In this document: positions 50,424 through 64,000 of the stretch, in pieces
How positions within the stretch are numbered: position 1 is the first letter of the stretch
Layout: every line of letters starts with the position of its first letter
DNA from: Raillietiella orientalis
Lineage: Eukaryota
Assembly: GCA_036172245.1 (NCBI GenBank)
Contig: JAYWIR010000049.1
Location: 806,001 to 870,000, forward strand
DNA length: 64,000 nucleotides
Direction: 5' to 3'
Program-made: the position numbers and the translations under genes
Notes under the pieces: model-generated
Told to the model about the DNA's origin: nothing
The model's input: only the letters and a program-made list of their open reading frames with translations
Database searches by the model: none

Positions 50424-53400
50424 TTCTGCCGTGCGCAGGTCCTTGACGCAGGCAAGAGTTCGATGCCGCAAGCTAAAAATAGCCGCCGCCAGTACTGGAA
50501 TCCAGACTAATGAATCGTGGGCTAATATGAGATCCCAAAGACAAAGAATTTCTCTGACTGGTAGGTATCCACTAAACCCTCTCATGAACCACTTGAAGGC
50601 CAATTTCAAGCTGAAAAGAAAATAAAGCTTTCGGACACCTTCTTCGGAAACGGCCGTAGTAGGCACACACATCGTGGTGCTCGTGTAAGAGAACCGAATT
50701 CACTGTGAAGAGTAAACACTTCGAGAGTTTACATAGATGCCAACAGGAGCAAATGGAAGGCAGGCTTACCGCTCAGTCTATTCACGGTGGATGTACTGAA
50801 TCGCACACACGGACATTTTATATGTGGGTTCACACCTTGCAACAGGTCGCCACGATATGGCGCTGGATTTTTGGAATACAAAATTGAAGAGGAAAACCAG
50901 CTTCAAGAAAACGCAGGATCAGATGCTGAGAAAGAGCAACGCAGATTCGAATGGAAACCGCGCTTTTGCCCTTAGGCTTAAGATTTGAAAAACTGATGCG
51001 CCACCTCCTTCCGTAGTTTTGGAACAATTCGTCCCCTGCTTCCCCGTCCCAGGAGACTCTTCGGCAACGTCTAAAAATACGCTGTACTGCGTGGGCTGCT
51101 AACTCTTTCTTTTTTAAAGAAAAAAAAAAAAAATGTGTTCATGATCTGTCTGTACAGGCACGACGGGAAATAAACATCCACTTGACGGAATGCTCCATGG
51201 GAGCCGTTTTTGATTCCTCTTCAAAGATCTGATCTATTTCAGAATGAGGTGTGGGGTTTGCAACTGGGCATGAGGGCGGAAGTAAACAACAACCACAAGG
51301 ATCATTCCTATGCCCTAATCTCTGTCAGCCTTCTGTCATCCCAAACGCCCAGATCACTCAGAAGTGCTTCCGCTAAATGGTACGCAAACCGAGGAAGAGC
51401 CTCTTAGGCGAAAGCTCGCGTCAGCAGTGGCTTTCTTCTAGTTTCCCTGGTTTTGCGAATCAAACGCATCCTTCGGAGGATCGGGCTTCCTTTTCTCCTG
51501 GCATAGCATAAAGCTGTAGAAAATTTGAGCACCTGTTGCGTTTGAACGAATGAGCACCTCTGTCAAAAAAGTTTTTTTGTACTTGAGTCGGCTCTCGCAA
51601 AAACCAAAGTGTGGTCGTCTGAATTTCCGCTTCGGAGAAAGCTGCGCTCTCATGGAAAATAGAGTTATCCCTATCGGCGCTGTCTCGTTTGCTTTGAAAT
51701 GAGGAGCTTGCTCTTTGGGGAGAATGCTCCCCATGGGCATTTGTTCGGTTGACAGTCACGATTCTGTGTCTTGGTCTCATGTAACATTCCTGGGAAATTT
51801 CCACAGGAACTCGAAACCACTGCATTCGCTCTAGTGTTTGTTGTGCTGTAAATTCAAATAACTCGGGGATAGTATCTTGCGTTTCCAGAATGGTCGTCAG
51901 CGCATGGTATATTTTATCGACTGAAGTGAGTCTCGAAGAAACCGCACGAGGGATCCAACGCACTGGTTCCATTCACGCATGACTCCTCCTCATTAGTGAA
52001 GTGCAACACTTCTGTGAGACTGTGAGCATATGATCGTAGCTTCATTCCCTAAATGATGTGTTTCTCGAAGCTTCTTTTGCAAGGGGAGCACTGTCCCTCC
52101 GTCCAGATAACGAACCCTCTCGAGGGAAGCATCCAAATCGTGAGGATGGAATGCCATGGTCAGTATGAGAGATCTCAGAGAAAACCATCCCGCCCTAGAA
52201 AAAATAGAATGGGCATTCTTGCGGAAGAGTGTTTCCACGCCCCAAAGACTCCCTTTTCGAACAGATCCGGCCTGTGCAGCTTACAACACATTTCCTTACA
52301 TCTCCCCCACAGACAGGCACATGCCTCATTTCAGAGTGCATTCCATTTGTCCAGCCCGATATACCATGGGATATCTTTGTACACGGGCAGTATCGCGGCC
52401 GCTGAACGAAAGGGAGGCGCGATTATTGCTAGTTGAAAACTATACCATGGGATACTCATCCTCGTGGAGCCGCAATCCTCCCTTTCCCTTTCTCGGCATG
52501 GAGTAGGCAAACTGCCAGAGGCATAACACGCTCCGTTCGTGAGGTAAGAAGCTGGATCGCTGTGCAACACTTGTGCTTCATGAGTGCTCATCGGAGATAA
52601 GAAACACGGCTGATCTCGGGAAGGAAGGACACGATCAACATTCGGCACGGTCCGCCCAGACGTATGCTAAAGAGCCCGAAGAGGCTTGGACAGATTTCTT
52701 CCCGGAAAAAGACGCAGGTGATGGATATCTTCCACCAGAGCGTCGCTTGCCAGTATGTTTGAACACATCCAGCCTTGACGTCTGCTTCCTTTCATTCCGG
52801 AGCACTCCGTAAGTGAGGATGCTCTTCCCCACAACAAATCCGAACGGCGCTTGTCAGTTTAAAACTCTTCGCAAAGAGAATCCCTTCATCGTTGCTGCTC
52901 CCGGAGTTTTCCCACGTGAATATCGCCCAGGAATTGCGTGAGCTGTTCTCATGTTAAAGTCAATGAAAGAACATTTCTTGTCCGGAAATTCGTGACAGTG
53001 AGAGACAAACAGCAGTGCTGAGAGGGTGTGTGAAGGGAGGGGGGGGATACCCACAGAAAACACTGATCCAGTGCAGTCCCGGTGTCAGTCGGGCCCAACA
53101 TACTCCGCGAATTCTGAAGAAGGCAACTGATGAGAACCAAAGAACGTTCTATACGGCAATCAGACACGAGAATTCCGATGCTGAGACGAAATCTGACCCC
53201 ACCCTTTCCCCAATCAGATGTCACATCCCTCTGCAGACTGTGAGGGATGTTTCTGAAGTTCATCGGAACGACCTTGCTCGGGAGATCAAGCACACACATC
53301 CCCAACATTCCTTATTCTTTAATATACTGTTGATCCACGACATATCCGCCGGAACTCAGTGCAGAGACTCACGAAGCTTTCAATGAGTACCAGCTCATTG

Positions 53401-56400
53401 ATAGCTCTCGGAATAAATGCCAAATACTGAATCCCCTGACGATACTCAGAGGTTTTCCCCACAGACAAAAGAGGAGGAAAAAAAGCGAGGACAAATGGCA
53501 GTTTTTCAGCAGCACCGAAGTACCGGTGAAGCACCAGGCACCGACAGTTTCCAGATGACTCTGGAAGGAAGCTGCTCATGAAAAGAAAGAAAATAAATGA
53601 GTTCTCGCTCTCTTTGTGGCTTCAATCACTGATTTTTTTCGGGAAACTCCCTCGAAAGGCAAACTTCAACGGAGTACTTCATATGAATCGCTTGAAAGTC
53701 GTCGAGCTTGTAACCAAGCATCACTCCAACGCTCAACTCCCTCGTCAACCGCAGCCAACAGTCTGAAACTGCTTTCCAGGTTACTCCAACTCCAACTTTT
53801 GTTCCCTTATCAGGAATGCATTGAACAGGAATGCATTGCACCACACGTTCGAGGCAGGTCCTCCAGTCAACGACTTCTGGCACGACCAGTTGGATTGTTC
53901 TCATAATCTTCTCAGAATCTCTGCTTTCTTATCGACAATGAAAGTGAGGATTTAGTAATGTTGAGATAAGATTCCTCTTAGGTTTTCTTTTACTGCCCTT
54001 TTCTGCACTGAAATCAGTCTCAGCTAATCTTTTTCACATTTTGAAATTCATCAATTGGCAACTCCTTTTCACTTCTCCATAGAATCCGTTTCCATCAGAA
54101 AAAGCTACAGGCTAATTAAAGTTCCTCTGATCTCGTCAGAATGGGGTATGTTCTGCCGGTGGTCAAGTACAGAATTACTCTTGACCATGTATAGACTCAC
54201 TCTTTCCGTATAGCATATTGCACTGAGATCATGTCTTGCTTCACATACCTCCTCAAGCACGGTCTTTTCTAAAGAGTCAAATCCTCCTACTTGTTAGCGG
54301 TTGCGTTTCGACACCTCAGGTGTCCATCTTGGGGAGACGAGTATCAAAATTTTGAACCCTCAAGTCTACGTATGGTGACTGTCAGATCTGTTCGTGCCAA
54401 ATGTGTTGAAAACCCTCTCTTCTGGTTAAGTTCCTGAAATCCGAATATAACCATGGTTATGACGAAACGAGATTCTCGGATTTGAGCCGGACTGGCCCTG
54501 AAATTTCTGAATTCCAAGTACTTCAAGCAGTATCCAGAAACTGGACGTGAAATTTCTTAATTTAGGAGCTGCAGCAAGAACGGAAATAGATGGCACACTT
54601 TTTCATGCATTCAGAGATCTACTTAATGTTGATTGCACACATTATGTTAGTACGCTGACTCAGATCGTTAAAGAAACAAGCGAATGTTAAATCTAAGAGT
54701 TTCGTAGCATCAACATTGGTTATGGGCAATTACGAGATGTACAGCAGCTGTGTAGATTTTTCGGTGGGTCTCTGTCTACACAAACAAACCTTAAACGATA
54801 TCACTGTTTCTGAAACAGCAGCAAAGACACATGCAAGAAAAGGCAAGCAAACTACTCTACGACTTACGGTTGGATCTCGTGTTTCTGGAAGTGATTCCAC
54901 AGGTCGGGTTCATGTTGCTGCAGAAGTTTCTCAAACAGTACACTTAACGAAAGTATTCCGTTACCATGTGACGTGAGATTCTGAAGACGAAACCAGTAGG
55001 AAACATACATCTCACGAAAGACATAATACAGCTCTACAGGATCTCTATACAAGTAGCACAGTGGCGAAACTAAATTACAGAAAATTACCCTGATGAAATT
55101 ATAAGTGTTTACATACGCACACGCACGCATACAAGTACACACACTTAGATGGATCTGACACATACATACACATGTGCATGCAAATATGGATACACCCACA
55201 TGATAATACAATTTCATAGTGAGAACAAATGGAACTTTATCTACAAACATAATGATCAACTAAACGTCAGCAACGGGAAAATGAAGAGAGAGAAAAATGC
55301 ATTCAGTGACAGTGTGAAGAGGCTCAAATTGTGACATGCATCAGTATTTCAAGAAACTTGAATTTTTTTCTTTAGCAGGGAACGAAATCCCACCTTAAGC
55401 AAAACTGAAAACCTGTGCTAAGTACAACTCAAATCCTCACAGTAAGCTCTTACGATCGGATGTATGATGACAAGATGTGATCAAGACTTGGGTCGCTAAC
55501 TCAGGTGTATTCTCCCATATTTTAATGCTTTCCACGTACCGTAGCAATCAAGCACCGTAAGTGCTGAATATTCATATAATTTTCGAGAAACAGAAAACGA
55601 GTTCGCAAATCCAATGTCTGAATGGAATGTTCTTCTTAGCAATGGTAGTTTTCATTCAATTCCTTACAGTTTGGAAAGGTCAAAATAACGATCAACAGTT
55701 GACCTTCTATCAAAAAAATAAGGAATGAAAAACTCTCACTTCTTTTAGTTAAGACTAGTGAGGGCTAGCTGCTACCCGGGTGGCGTCTTTGCGCTTGACA
55801 CCCCCGGCAAGGATAACTAAAATGGATCCTAGAAATGAAACACAACAGTGTAACCCCCATACTTTAGTATTGCAACAGACATTCCCGGGTCATAACTGAT
55901 CGCATGAAGTTTTCATAGGAATGCACTTCCTGACTCTTGAAATTGAATCCAAGGCCATTGAGATTTTGGAATGCATTCACTAGCCTTATTTTTCTGCAGT
56001 ATAATAATAGCTCCCTTTAAGTAACCTATTTTTTTTTTTTGTTTTCAATAAAGCTGGACAAAGAAATGGCAAATGAAACAAACGGAGGGTCAAAACCAAC
56101 CACTGCCACGGAGACGTTTTTGTTGAGAAAAAGGAAGAATTAGTCGCAGTTTCGAAATCCTCCAACCGGGGAAGATGAATTCCGAGATAAGAAGTTGAAA
56201 TAAACATCTTAGGTCAACTGCAACTTTCATATGAGAGCTCCACACGTAAATCCAATTCTGATACTCTAGACATGAGGAGAAATCCCAACCGGGAGCTAAG
56301 AGCAAGAAAAGACTGTACGATTCCGTCGCCGCTGAAACCCGACAGAATAAAAGATTCTCAATTCGCTTTATCGAAAAAATGAGACTTCTTTCGTTTTCTG

Positions 56401-59400
56401 GAACATCAAAATAATCCGAAGAACACTGTTCCCAGTTAGAAAGTACGGAGAAGTTGGGTACAAATCCGTGAGTGCGCTGCAATTAAACCTACCAACATCC
56501 CAATTAAAGTTAATTTTGAAGTTTCAGACAAAAGTTGCTTGAGGAATCGGATAGCACGCAATTGGATTAGTTCCGTTTTCCACGCGAGTGCACCGTTGCA
56601 AGTAGTCAAAGCCTTATTCAGGTTGAATTCCCGAGCAACAGGTTTGCGAAATAAAAAAAGAGAGAGAGAGAAAAAAAGCATGCTGGGAAGTCCCTGCATT
56701 CCACCAAATACCTTAAGGAAATTTCTAAATGACGCCCGAATACCATGCACCCAAGGTTTCATCTTCAGATTTATCTAGACATCCACCTTTAAGCGGCATG
56801 GGCACGGTAAGTCATGCAATATTCCCCTCCTTATTGTAAAATTTCAATGTATTCCAAACTAGCATCTCTTCACCAAGGGATCTCAGAACCACTTTTCCAA
56901 ATTCGTATTGGACTTGGAAAAACGGATACCAAGTATTGGTTTACGGATAGGTGACGGTTGATCAGAGGATGATGGAATTTACAAGTCCTGCGGAAGGAGC
57001 CCATCCTGGTCGTGCATCAAACGGAAATGAGACGTATGTATATGCCAAAAGCAAAACAAAACCAAAAACCAAAGCGGTTGTTTGAGGGACCTTTTTTGCA
57101 CGAGAGAACGGAACACTCCGTGCCTCGACGCAAGAAGAGTTCAACAAACCCTTGACCGAATGAGCTGTGCGTCTAGAAGCAAAGTACACAAAGGGTGAGT
57201 TCATATTGAAAACGAGCTATGCTAGAAATCATCTTCGTAGAAAGTCCAAAGAGATGTCCTAACGCTCTAGTCTTCTCTTTTGCTCGCTTTCAAAACGACT
57301 GTCAAGATGCTGGATGTTTTTCTGTTTTTGGTCCTGACTACCAGTCGGAGATTCGGACTTGTGAACTTCATCTCGTGTTCATCTGTTTCCAATAGTGCAA
57401 TCTCATGCAAATGCCTCAGATGTCGTTTCGTTGCAAGCATTCTAGGAAATACGCGTTCCCCTAGAAAGCCAAACGTGTTTTGAGTTTAGAAACTGCCTGT
57501 CTATATATTCTAGGAATCGTAGATTTCGCACTCGGAGGGCAAATGCGGTTCTACAAAGCTTGATTTTTTGCTGAAGGTCGCTTCATGGCTTCCTTTGCTC
57601 TTAAACCCTTGCTAGATGATTGCCAGGAAAGAGTGGACAAGGCATTCCTGCAAGCAAGAGCTCATCAGCCATCTCAGCCTTTATAAATGAGGGGGGGGGG
57701 GGGGGGAAAGCAAACACATGGTAAACAAAATACTGCCTTCTTAATGTGTTTCTTGAGAATGTGAATAGCAACACTGGTTAGTGTACTTCACATTCACCCC
57801 AGGAACGGAACACTGTTTCGAGCATTTTGTTTTCTTTTTAGCACTTTGTCTCGTAACTTTAATTTGCTACTTTTTTTTTTTTTTTTTTTCCAATTAAAAG
57901 TACCTTCACAACAAAGCACACGAGAATTTGAAATTTCCATCTATGTACAATCACTCCATCAGTTGCATTTAGAACAGCATATTCACAGCAATTTTTCCAT
58001 TGCTTCCCATTTTTCTCAGTAGCACAAAAAGACCGATTGAACGAAAACAAATGTGAAAATGTGATATGGAATCTCTGCATTTGCACCGATTACTAGAAAA
58101 TGAGCTCACCAAAGAGTGAAAATCCATGAAATGGTATCACACCACAAGGTGGATAGGAAATAATGCTTTCTTCATTTCCAGAGGTTATTTTCAAAGGAGA
58201 TGCCACGGAAACAGCAAAATGGGGCAGAACTTCTGTGTCGCGAAGGAAACATAAAAGAGTTTGGAAGAGAACATCTTCGAATACGAAATACTGATCGTCG
58301 TTGGATGCAGTCAACTGTATATCCTTAGAAGAGAAAAGCATAAGGATCGTTTTTGAAATCCACTCAATTAAAGAATGAGCAGTCTAAAGATGCATTTGTT
58401 TCAAAAAACGAAAAACAGCACACGAGAGGCTATTGTGCCTCCAGGGTTGATTAATTTGGTCGCAAGCAACTTTGCAACTACTTTGAAGTTTTCTTTTTCA
58501 TAAGTCGGTTGCAATTCCGACTTTGTTGCTTAAAACTCGGGGAGACTCACCTTTCACACATTTGTCTATTCAAATTTGCAACGATTATGGCACGCGTTAT
58601 TCTGTGTTCGAGCGTGTTTTACATAGCCTACGATATGTCACCATCACATAGTGCATTATATGTGTGAACGAGTATTCAAGATATTTATTTCAAGGCACGG
58701 TTTCAAATAAGTGAAACTAGTTAGGTGGCCGGTTAATTTGCCGACCATCTAATTACTACTTACAGTGTTACCGAATCTGAAACTATGGGAATGCTTTCTC
58801 TTGCAGCTTTGAAACTTCACAGAAACTTCACCGAAAATTGAAACTGGTCACAAACCCACTCAAGAGAGTAATTCACACAATTAATAGACGCACAAGCATC
58901 TTTCAGATCGCAGACAGCAATCATTAGTGGCAAGATGAATCTTATGAGGAATCTCGAAGCATCTTCGAGAACGAAGCATGGAAAAAGCGTGTTAACCGAG
59001 AGGGATGCATGCAAAATCGCACGTGGAAATCATGCAGACACTAAGAGACGTGTGCTCAAGAAAACGGATTTTCTGGAGTTTCCTGGACGAGCGCAGACGC
59101 ACTGTTTGTTCGATTAGCAAATTATAAGGTTTTGCTACAAAATTCGAGGAATTCAAACGTAGGCACAAGGAAGGGCAGGAATGAAAGGACAGTTTCTTGA
59201 GATGACTCATCCCCCCAAAAGTCGGATGCAAATAATGCCGGAATTCAATGATAGTTGTGATTTTAAGAGGGAAGGAAAAATGGATGGAATCGCTGAATCG
59301 AGAAGCTATCAATTCGATGATGGGGATTAAATGATTTCTACTTCCAGAGTGATACGAGGTAAAGACCTTTCATAAATACAAAAAGAAGCACGAAATTGCA

Positions 59401-62400
59401 AAAACAATTTCGTTGTCATAAAAACATTTTTTCTTTTTTCATCGCAAAAACATTTCCGTTGTTGCAGAAACACCAACTGCAACAATGAAAGTTTTCTCCA
59501 CGTTGAGCCAATCGCCTTTCGCAACACATGAAGCCGCCAATAGGAAAAGCTTTAGCGCTTTTGCAAAATACACAGCATGCCTTTTGTACAGCCAGCCGCA
59601 CTCACCTTGAACGCGAGCCTATCTACGAAGAGATCATGATGGAACACCGCAGCTTTCAACAGATCGTAGTGTTCCCTTTCCTTCACATTTAAAAGAAAAA
59701 GAAAGAAACAGTTCCGGCAATAGCAGCAGCATTCTGCGAAAACAGTCAAAAAGCTTACCTCGCTAGACAATTCTATGCCCAGAACGATTTTCCATATTTC
59801 CGATCTCTGGCTCGGAGGACACATTTGTTTAATGAATGTTCGAGCTGCCAAACAATCCCCAGAGTCGATGACTTTCCTCCCACATTTGTACTTCTCTTCG
59901 GCTTGCTGAGGGGAAGTGTTGCTATCCCAAAGGTCACGAAATTTTGATCTCTAGAAGGAACGCCTGCATGTTTCGAAACCCACATTTTCGAAGAGATGGA
60001 CCAGTTTCAAAGTGGATGTGTTAAGAGTTGACGCATCGAAATTCCCTTCGCGGATCTTTTCATCCCGTGTGCAAAAGTCTTACGATTTCTTCCAGAGATG
60101 GGGTTTGGAGAGGGATGTTGATCAAGCCACCATCTTGTCCGTGGAAACAGTTAGTGTTCGGTGAATACAACTTTGAAGCTACTTCCAGAAAGTCGTTAGC
60201 AGAAAATACAGGGCAGTACAAATCTAAATCTAAAATGTCAATTTCGAATTATAATTCTAAAGGTGACCGGCGAAGCATCATTAAGTAATTACAATTCAGT
60301 AATCAACACCTTGGTAGCATTTGCGATATGAGCACGTATCTTCGGAGAATCTGTTGTGGAATGTGCTTAGAGTTATGGAATACCCCATAAACGCATCGCA
60401 ATTAAGGTGTAACCTTTCAGTATATCTCTTAGCTGGTAATTCAGTCACGCAGATTCCCGAGCACTCTCTTCGTATGCCTGTTTGCTCACTTGGAAAAATC
60501 TTCCCGCCCCGATTGGGATTCCTACGATTCTTCCTTTCGACTTTGACTGAAAGAAGACCTGTTGCATCTCTCATATGCAACAGGGTGCAGGGGATTGTGC
60601 ATCCCGGGTGCCATACTTTCGTGGGAAAGACCAAACGCAAACGCCCATCGCCCAGACTACTTGCATGCCATGGACAGCTGGGGAGTCTTATTGAATTTAC
60701 AGAACACGCCAATTCTGCAAATTCAATATGGCTCTCCAGCTGTTCACGCACGTGTGGTGAAATGAAAATGGCACCACCACGACTGCATTATGTAGTCTGA
60801 CGAAGCGACCTCCTCTCTGTAAACGAAGACAGCTAACCAACAAATGTGTGTGCTTAGATCTTCAGAGAACTCGCTGTTTTTCGCAAGAAGTGGTATCATT
60901 TTTGCAACTGACCACTATAATTTGGAGATCAAGAGGTTTTTCTTCCAAGCCATAAATCAAAACCGAGTTTGCACAATAGACCATCCTGTCATTAAGGGAA
61001 GAACTCATAGAAAGTGAATTTATTCATACTTTATCTATTCCCTAAAGAAAATATTTCAAGGCGTTTTCATTTGATGCTATTTCCACAAGGCGAACAACGG
61101 GGTTACCAAAAGGGTAAGACAACGACCATGTGACACATGAATGTTTCTGAATCGTCCGGTTTTGATGTTTCACGTTTATGTGATGATCATATGAAGAGAT
61201 CAGATCTTTGGAGATGCACTGTTATAAGAAACCTCCGCATAGTAAACCTTGCACATATGCTAAAAAACAAACCCTCCAGAAATGAGAGGATTTTGGATTC
61301 GTTTCGAGGCAGGGTTTTCTCGAAATGAGTTTATTCCTTCGCTCCTAAAGAACAAATCAGGTTTTTCGAAATTAAGCGCAAACTTCTTTAGCCAGAATTC
61401 CCTTTTGTCCATTTATTTTCCCGTTTAAAAATGGCTTGGTTTGAATGAGAAACCTCGTTTTCCGATGCAAAGGAAAAACCATCAACCATATCCCCGGAAT
61501 CTTTGGGCGCTTACTGAGATATCTAGAATGTGTTCACTTTTGTAATTTCGTCACCATCTTATCCTTTCCCTATCTGCGGAGATCTGAGTTTAGAGATCAG
61601 GTTCCGAGAGGCAGCCAAAGCAACATCCAGAGCCATTTCAAGTATCCTACAGTGCTAATGCACAGAGTCTGCAGACGGCCCCTCAACATCACAAAGTCTC
61701 CCGACCGTGTCAGCATAACCTAAACATCTTCCCCAAACACACGGACACACCCATTTGCTTTTCTCGTTGGACACTGAAATAAAAAAAAAAACAAAAAATC
61801 CAGGAGAATATTTGTTGAATTACAACTTCACCCATTATTTTTTAGGAAGGCGAGGACTTCCAAGTACGGTGAGTTTAGATGGTACGAAACGCATTTACAG
61901 AGAACAAATGGTAACGAGCATTATAAGGCAATTCTAACGGGACGGATCCTCATCAGCATACAACTAGTAATTCTAATGCATAAAAGTTTGGGAAAATAAT
62001 TACAGAAGCCAACTGATCGATGAATGCGAACAAAATGGCACTGAAATAGTGATGCTGATCCGTACAACTGTGCAAAATCTGAGAATGATGTAACAGTTCT
62101 TGGAGATAGGGAACGGAGATGCTTGCCACAGTTTTAAAGTGAATATTCATTTGACATTTTCAATAATAATCTGTGCTTGCAAAAAAAAAAAAAAAACTTG
62201 CCCAATGTCTGTTTCTTTCGAGTGTTCCAGTCTTCCGAATGTCAATCTTCCGACAAGAGGAATTTTGTGGACAGAGTCACGTAAACCCCAACAACAGTTT
62301 CAGGTATATTATGGATTTCAATCGATAGATGCTAGAAATTCCAATTCCTAAACATTAGGTCACAGAAGATAAGCGTCGTTCCCATTCAGTCGGTTTTAAC

Positions 62401-63460
62401 ACAAGGTAATGATTTGTCCTAAGTTGCTGAACTCAGATTAGACATTTCGAAAGTCCTCCTAAAACAGCTTAAAGATCCCTTATTAACAGAATAAATTCAA
62501 ATCATATTTGAAGTGCTATTCTTGATATCTGATAGATGAACCTCGGCTTAAGGAATCTATCGAATCAATGTGGATTTCAATCTACTCCGACATCTCCAAT
62601 GTCCCTAATGACCATGTATGGGCAGATAGATGTATAAACGTATGCTTGCATGCATGTACGTACAAAGCATCAAAACAAAATTATACAAACGCACACGTTC
62701 ATTAGGAGTCGCAAGCATTTTAAAGTGTGTCCATGTGTCCTCTCAGCTTATACAAACTTTCCAACGTGAGAATGAATGCTTATAAAACGTTAGGAAAAAA
62801 ACACGTTCTTCAATTTACTGTTTCACTTTATCAGCTTGAAATTAACGCTATCTTCGTTTGACAGTCTAAAATATTCAGAGAAGCAAGCCTTTCCTGAACA
62901 TTTCTGAATAAAGTTTATTTATGTATGTTTTAAGAATGGGAAACGTAAAAAGTGATCCTACTTATCTCGAAGGTACTGAGGGTATTCCATTTCTTGATGA
63001 TTTCTTCCCTTTCTTGTGCGTTTCTCTTCTGACTCAAGGGTACGCCAAGTTCCTTGGATGTTGAATTTAAAGATTTGCACAGCAGACTCTGCCACTCTCT
63101 CTGCACATAAAACATTTCCTCGTAAGAAAGGATGAATTTTGGAACACATTGCCATGGAATTATTATCATTGTTTTTTTAAACACAATGCACAGATTGTGA
63201 ATCTGTTAATTACAAAAGCGCTTGATGAGGAGCCCCCCTTAACTAAGGTTTCAGATCCACATTCAACAAACCTGCGCTTCTCTTAAATATCTCAATGGTT
63301 CCTTCAAGTCAACTGCGGGGATGCTGCTCTTCAGAATGGCTGGATTTCTTCTCACTGTGTGATAAATTGCATTCCTCAAGCGAGTTTTCAATCTAGACAT
63401 TTTCATAAGGGGATGCAAATTGATAGGAAGGTCGTCCACGGTAACTTCAGGGGTGAGGAG
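50424..63460 (-). CDS. TBC1D19: TBC1 domain family member 19 (partial; first exon and final short exon not located)
   Basis: Phase-consistent exons 63460-63272 (...LKEPLRYLREAQ), 63100-62962 (REWQSLLCKSLNSTSKELGVPLSQKR), 60229-60084 (PVFSANDFLEV...GLINIPL), 59950-59759 (RSEIWKIVLGI), 59680-59606 (HDLFVDRLAFK), 58323-58110 (DIQLTASNDDQYFVFED...YPPCGVIPFHGFS), 55069-54868 (SPLCYLY...FREMYV), 50610-50424 (AFKWFMRGFSGYL...LWDLIL...VLAAAIF). These match recalled TBC1D19 sequence in order. Confidence 0.93.
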
Positions 63461-64000
63461 CTAAAATTTCCTTAAAATTACTAGGGACTCCCCAACGAGC
63501 TAGCGATCATGTCGCTCCTTGCATGCTCTATCCCCACATCACAAAACCCACACACGGATTTCTAACTGGCAAAATAAAAAATTGAAAACGAAAGGCATGC
63601 ACACTGAAATTTTCAAATGATCTAACTGGAAAATGGCAGATCATTTACATCCCGTGAGATTATCATACGGTGAATTTCTTAACAAATATGAGGTATACTT
63701 TCGTATACTGGGCAGAACATAAACAGATCAGTGTACTTGGGATGCAGGAACCGTTGCATGGCTGGGCAAAGCACCAGGATGTTTCCCTCCTGGAACTCCG
63801 TTGCGCTCACCTCTCCCCGTACTGCACGGTGGATGAGGTGTGCAACAGCCAGGAGAAGTGGACTCGCCTGGCCGTCACGCCCCTCGCCGACGCGCTGTCA
63901 GCCCTCAGGGCAAGAGATGACAGCTGCGAACCGGCGAGATGGGAGGTCGCCTGCACCATCGCAGGAACAACACGACCTATTGGCGGCTGGAGGACTTGCG

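Overview
Eukaryotic (animal, most likely arthropod) genomic DNA with spliceosomal GT-AG introns; no prokaryotic features, CRISPR arrays or rRNA seen. Five protein-coding genes were reconstructed by hand with phase-consistent exon chains: ZC3H18-like (minus, 328-3350, with a run of very short 29-59 nt introns), RBBP6/SNAMA (plus, 16352-21154, 1600 aa, no introns in the CDS), BOD1/BOD1L-like (minus, 26647-33128), a CDF/SLC30 (ZnT1/ZnT10-related, ZnT77C-type) transporter with a non-canonical metal site (minus, 42042-47203), and TBC1D19 (minus, 50424 to at least 63460; first and last exons not located). Base composition is strongly mosaic: AT-rich and CpG-poor over most of the three nuclear housekeeping genes, GC/CpG-rich at about 19.3-25.7 kb and about 40-50 kb, with one boundary crossing the RBBP6 ORF. 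Gene identities come from recalled family motifs, not database searches. I did not find a clearly new multi-gene system; the best leads are the ultra-short introns, the intra-ORF GC/CpG gradient, the intronless RBBP6 and the altered ZnT site.
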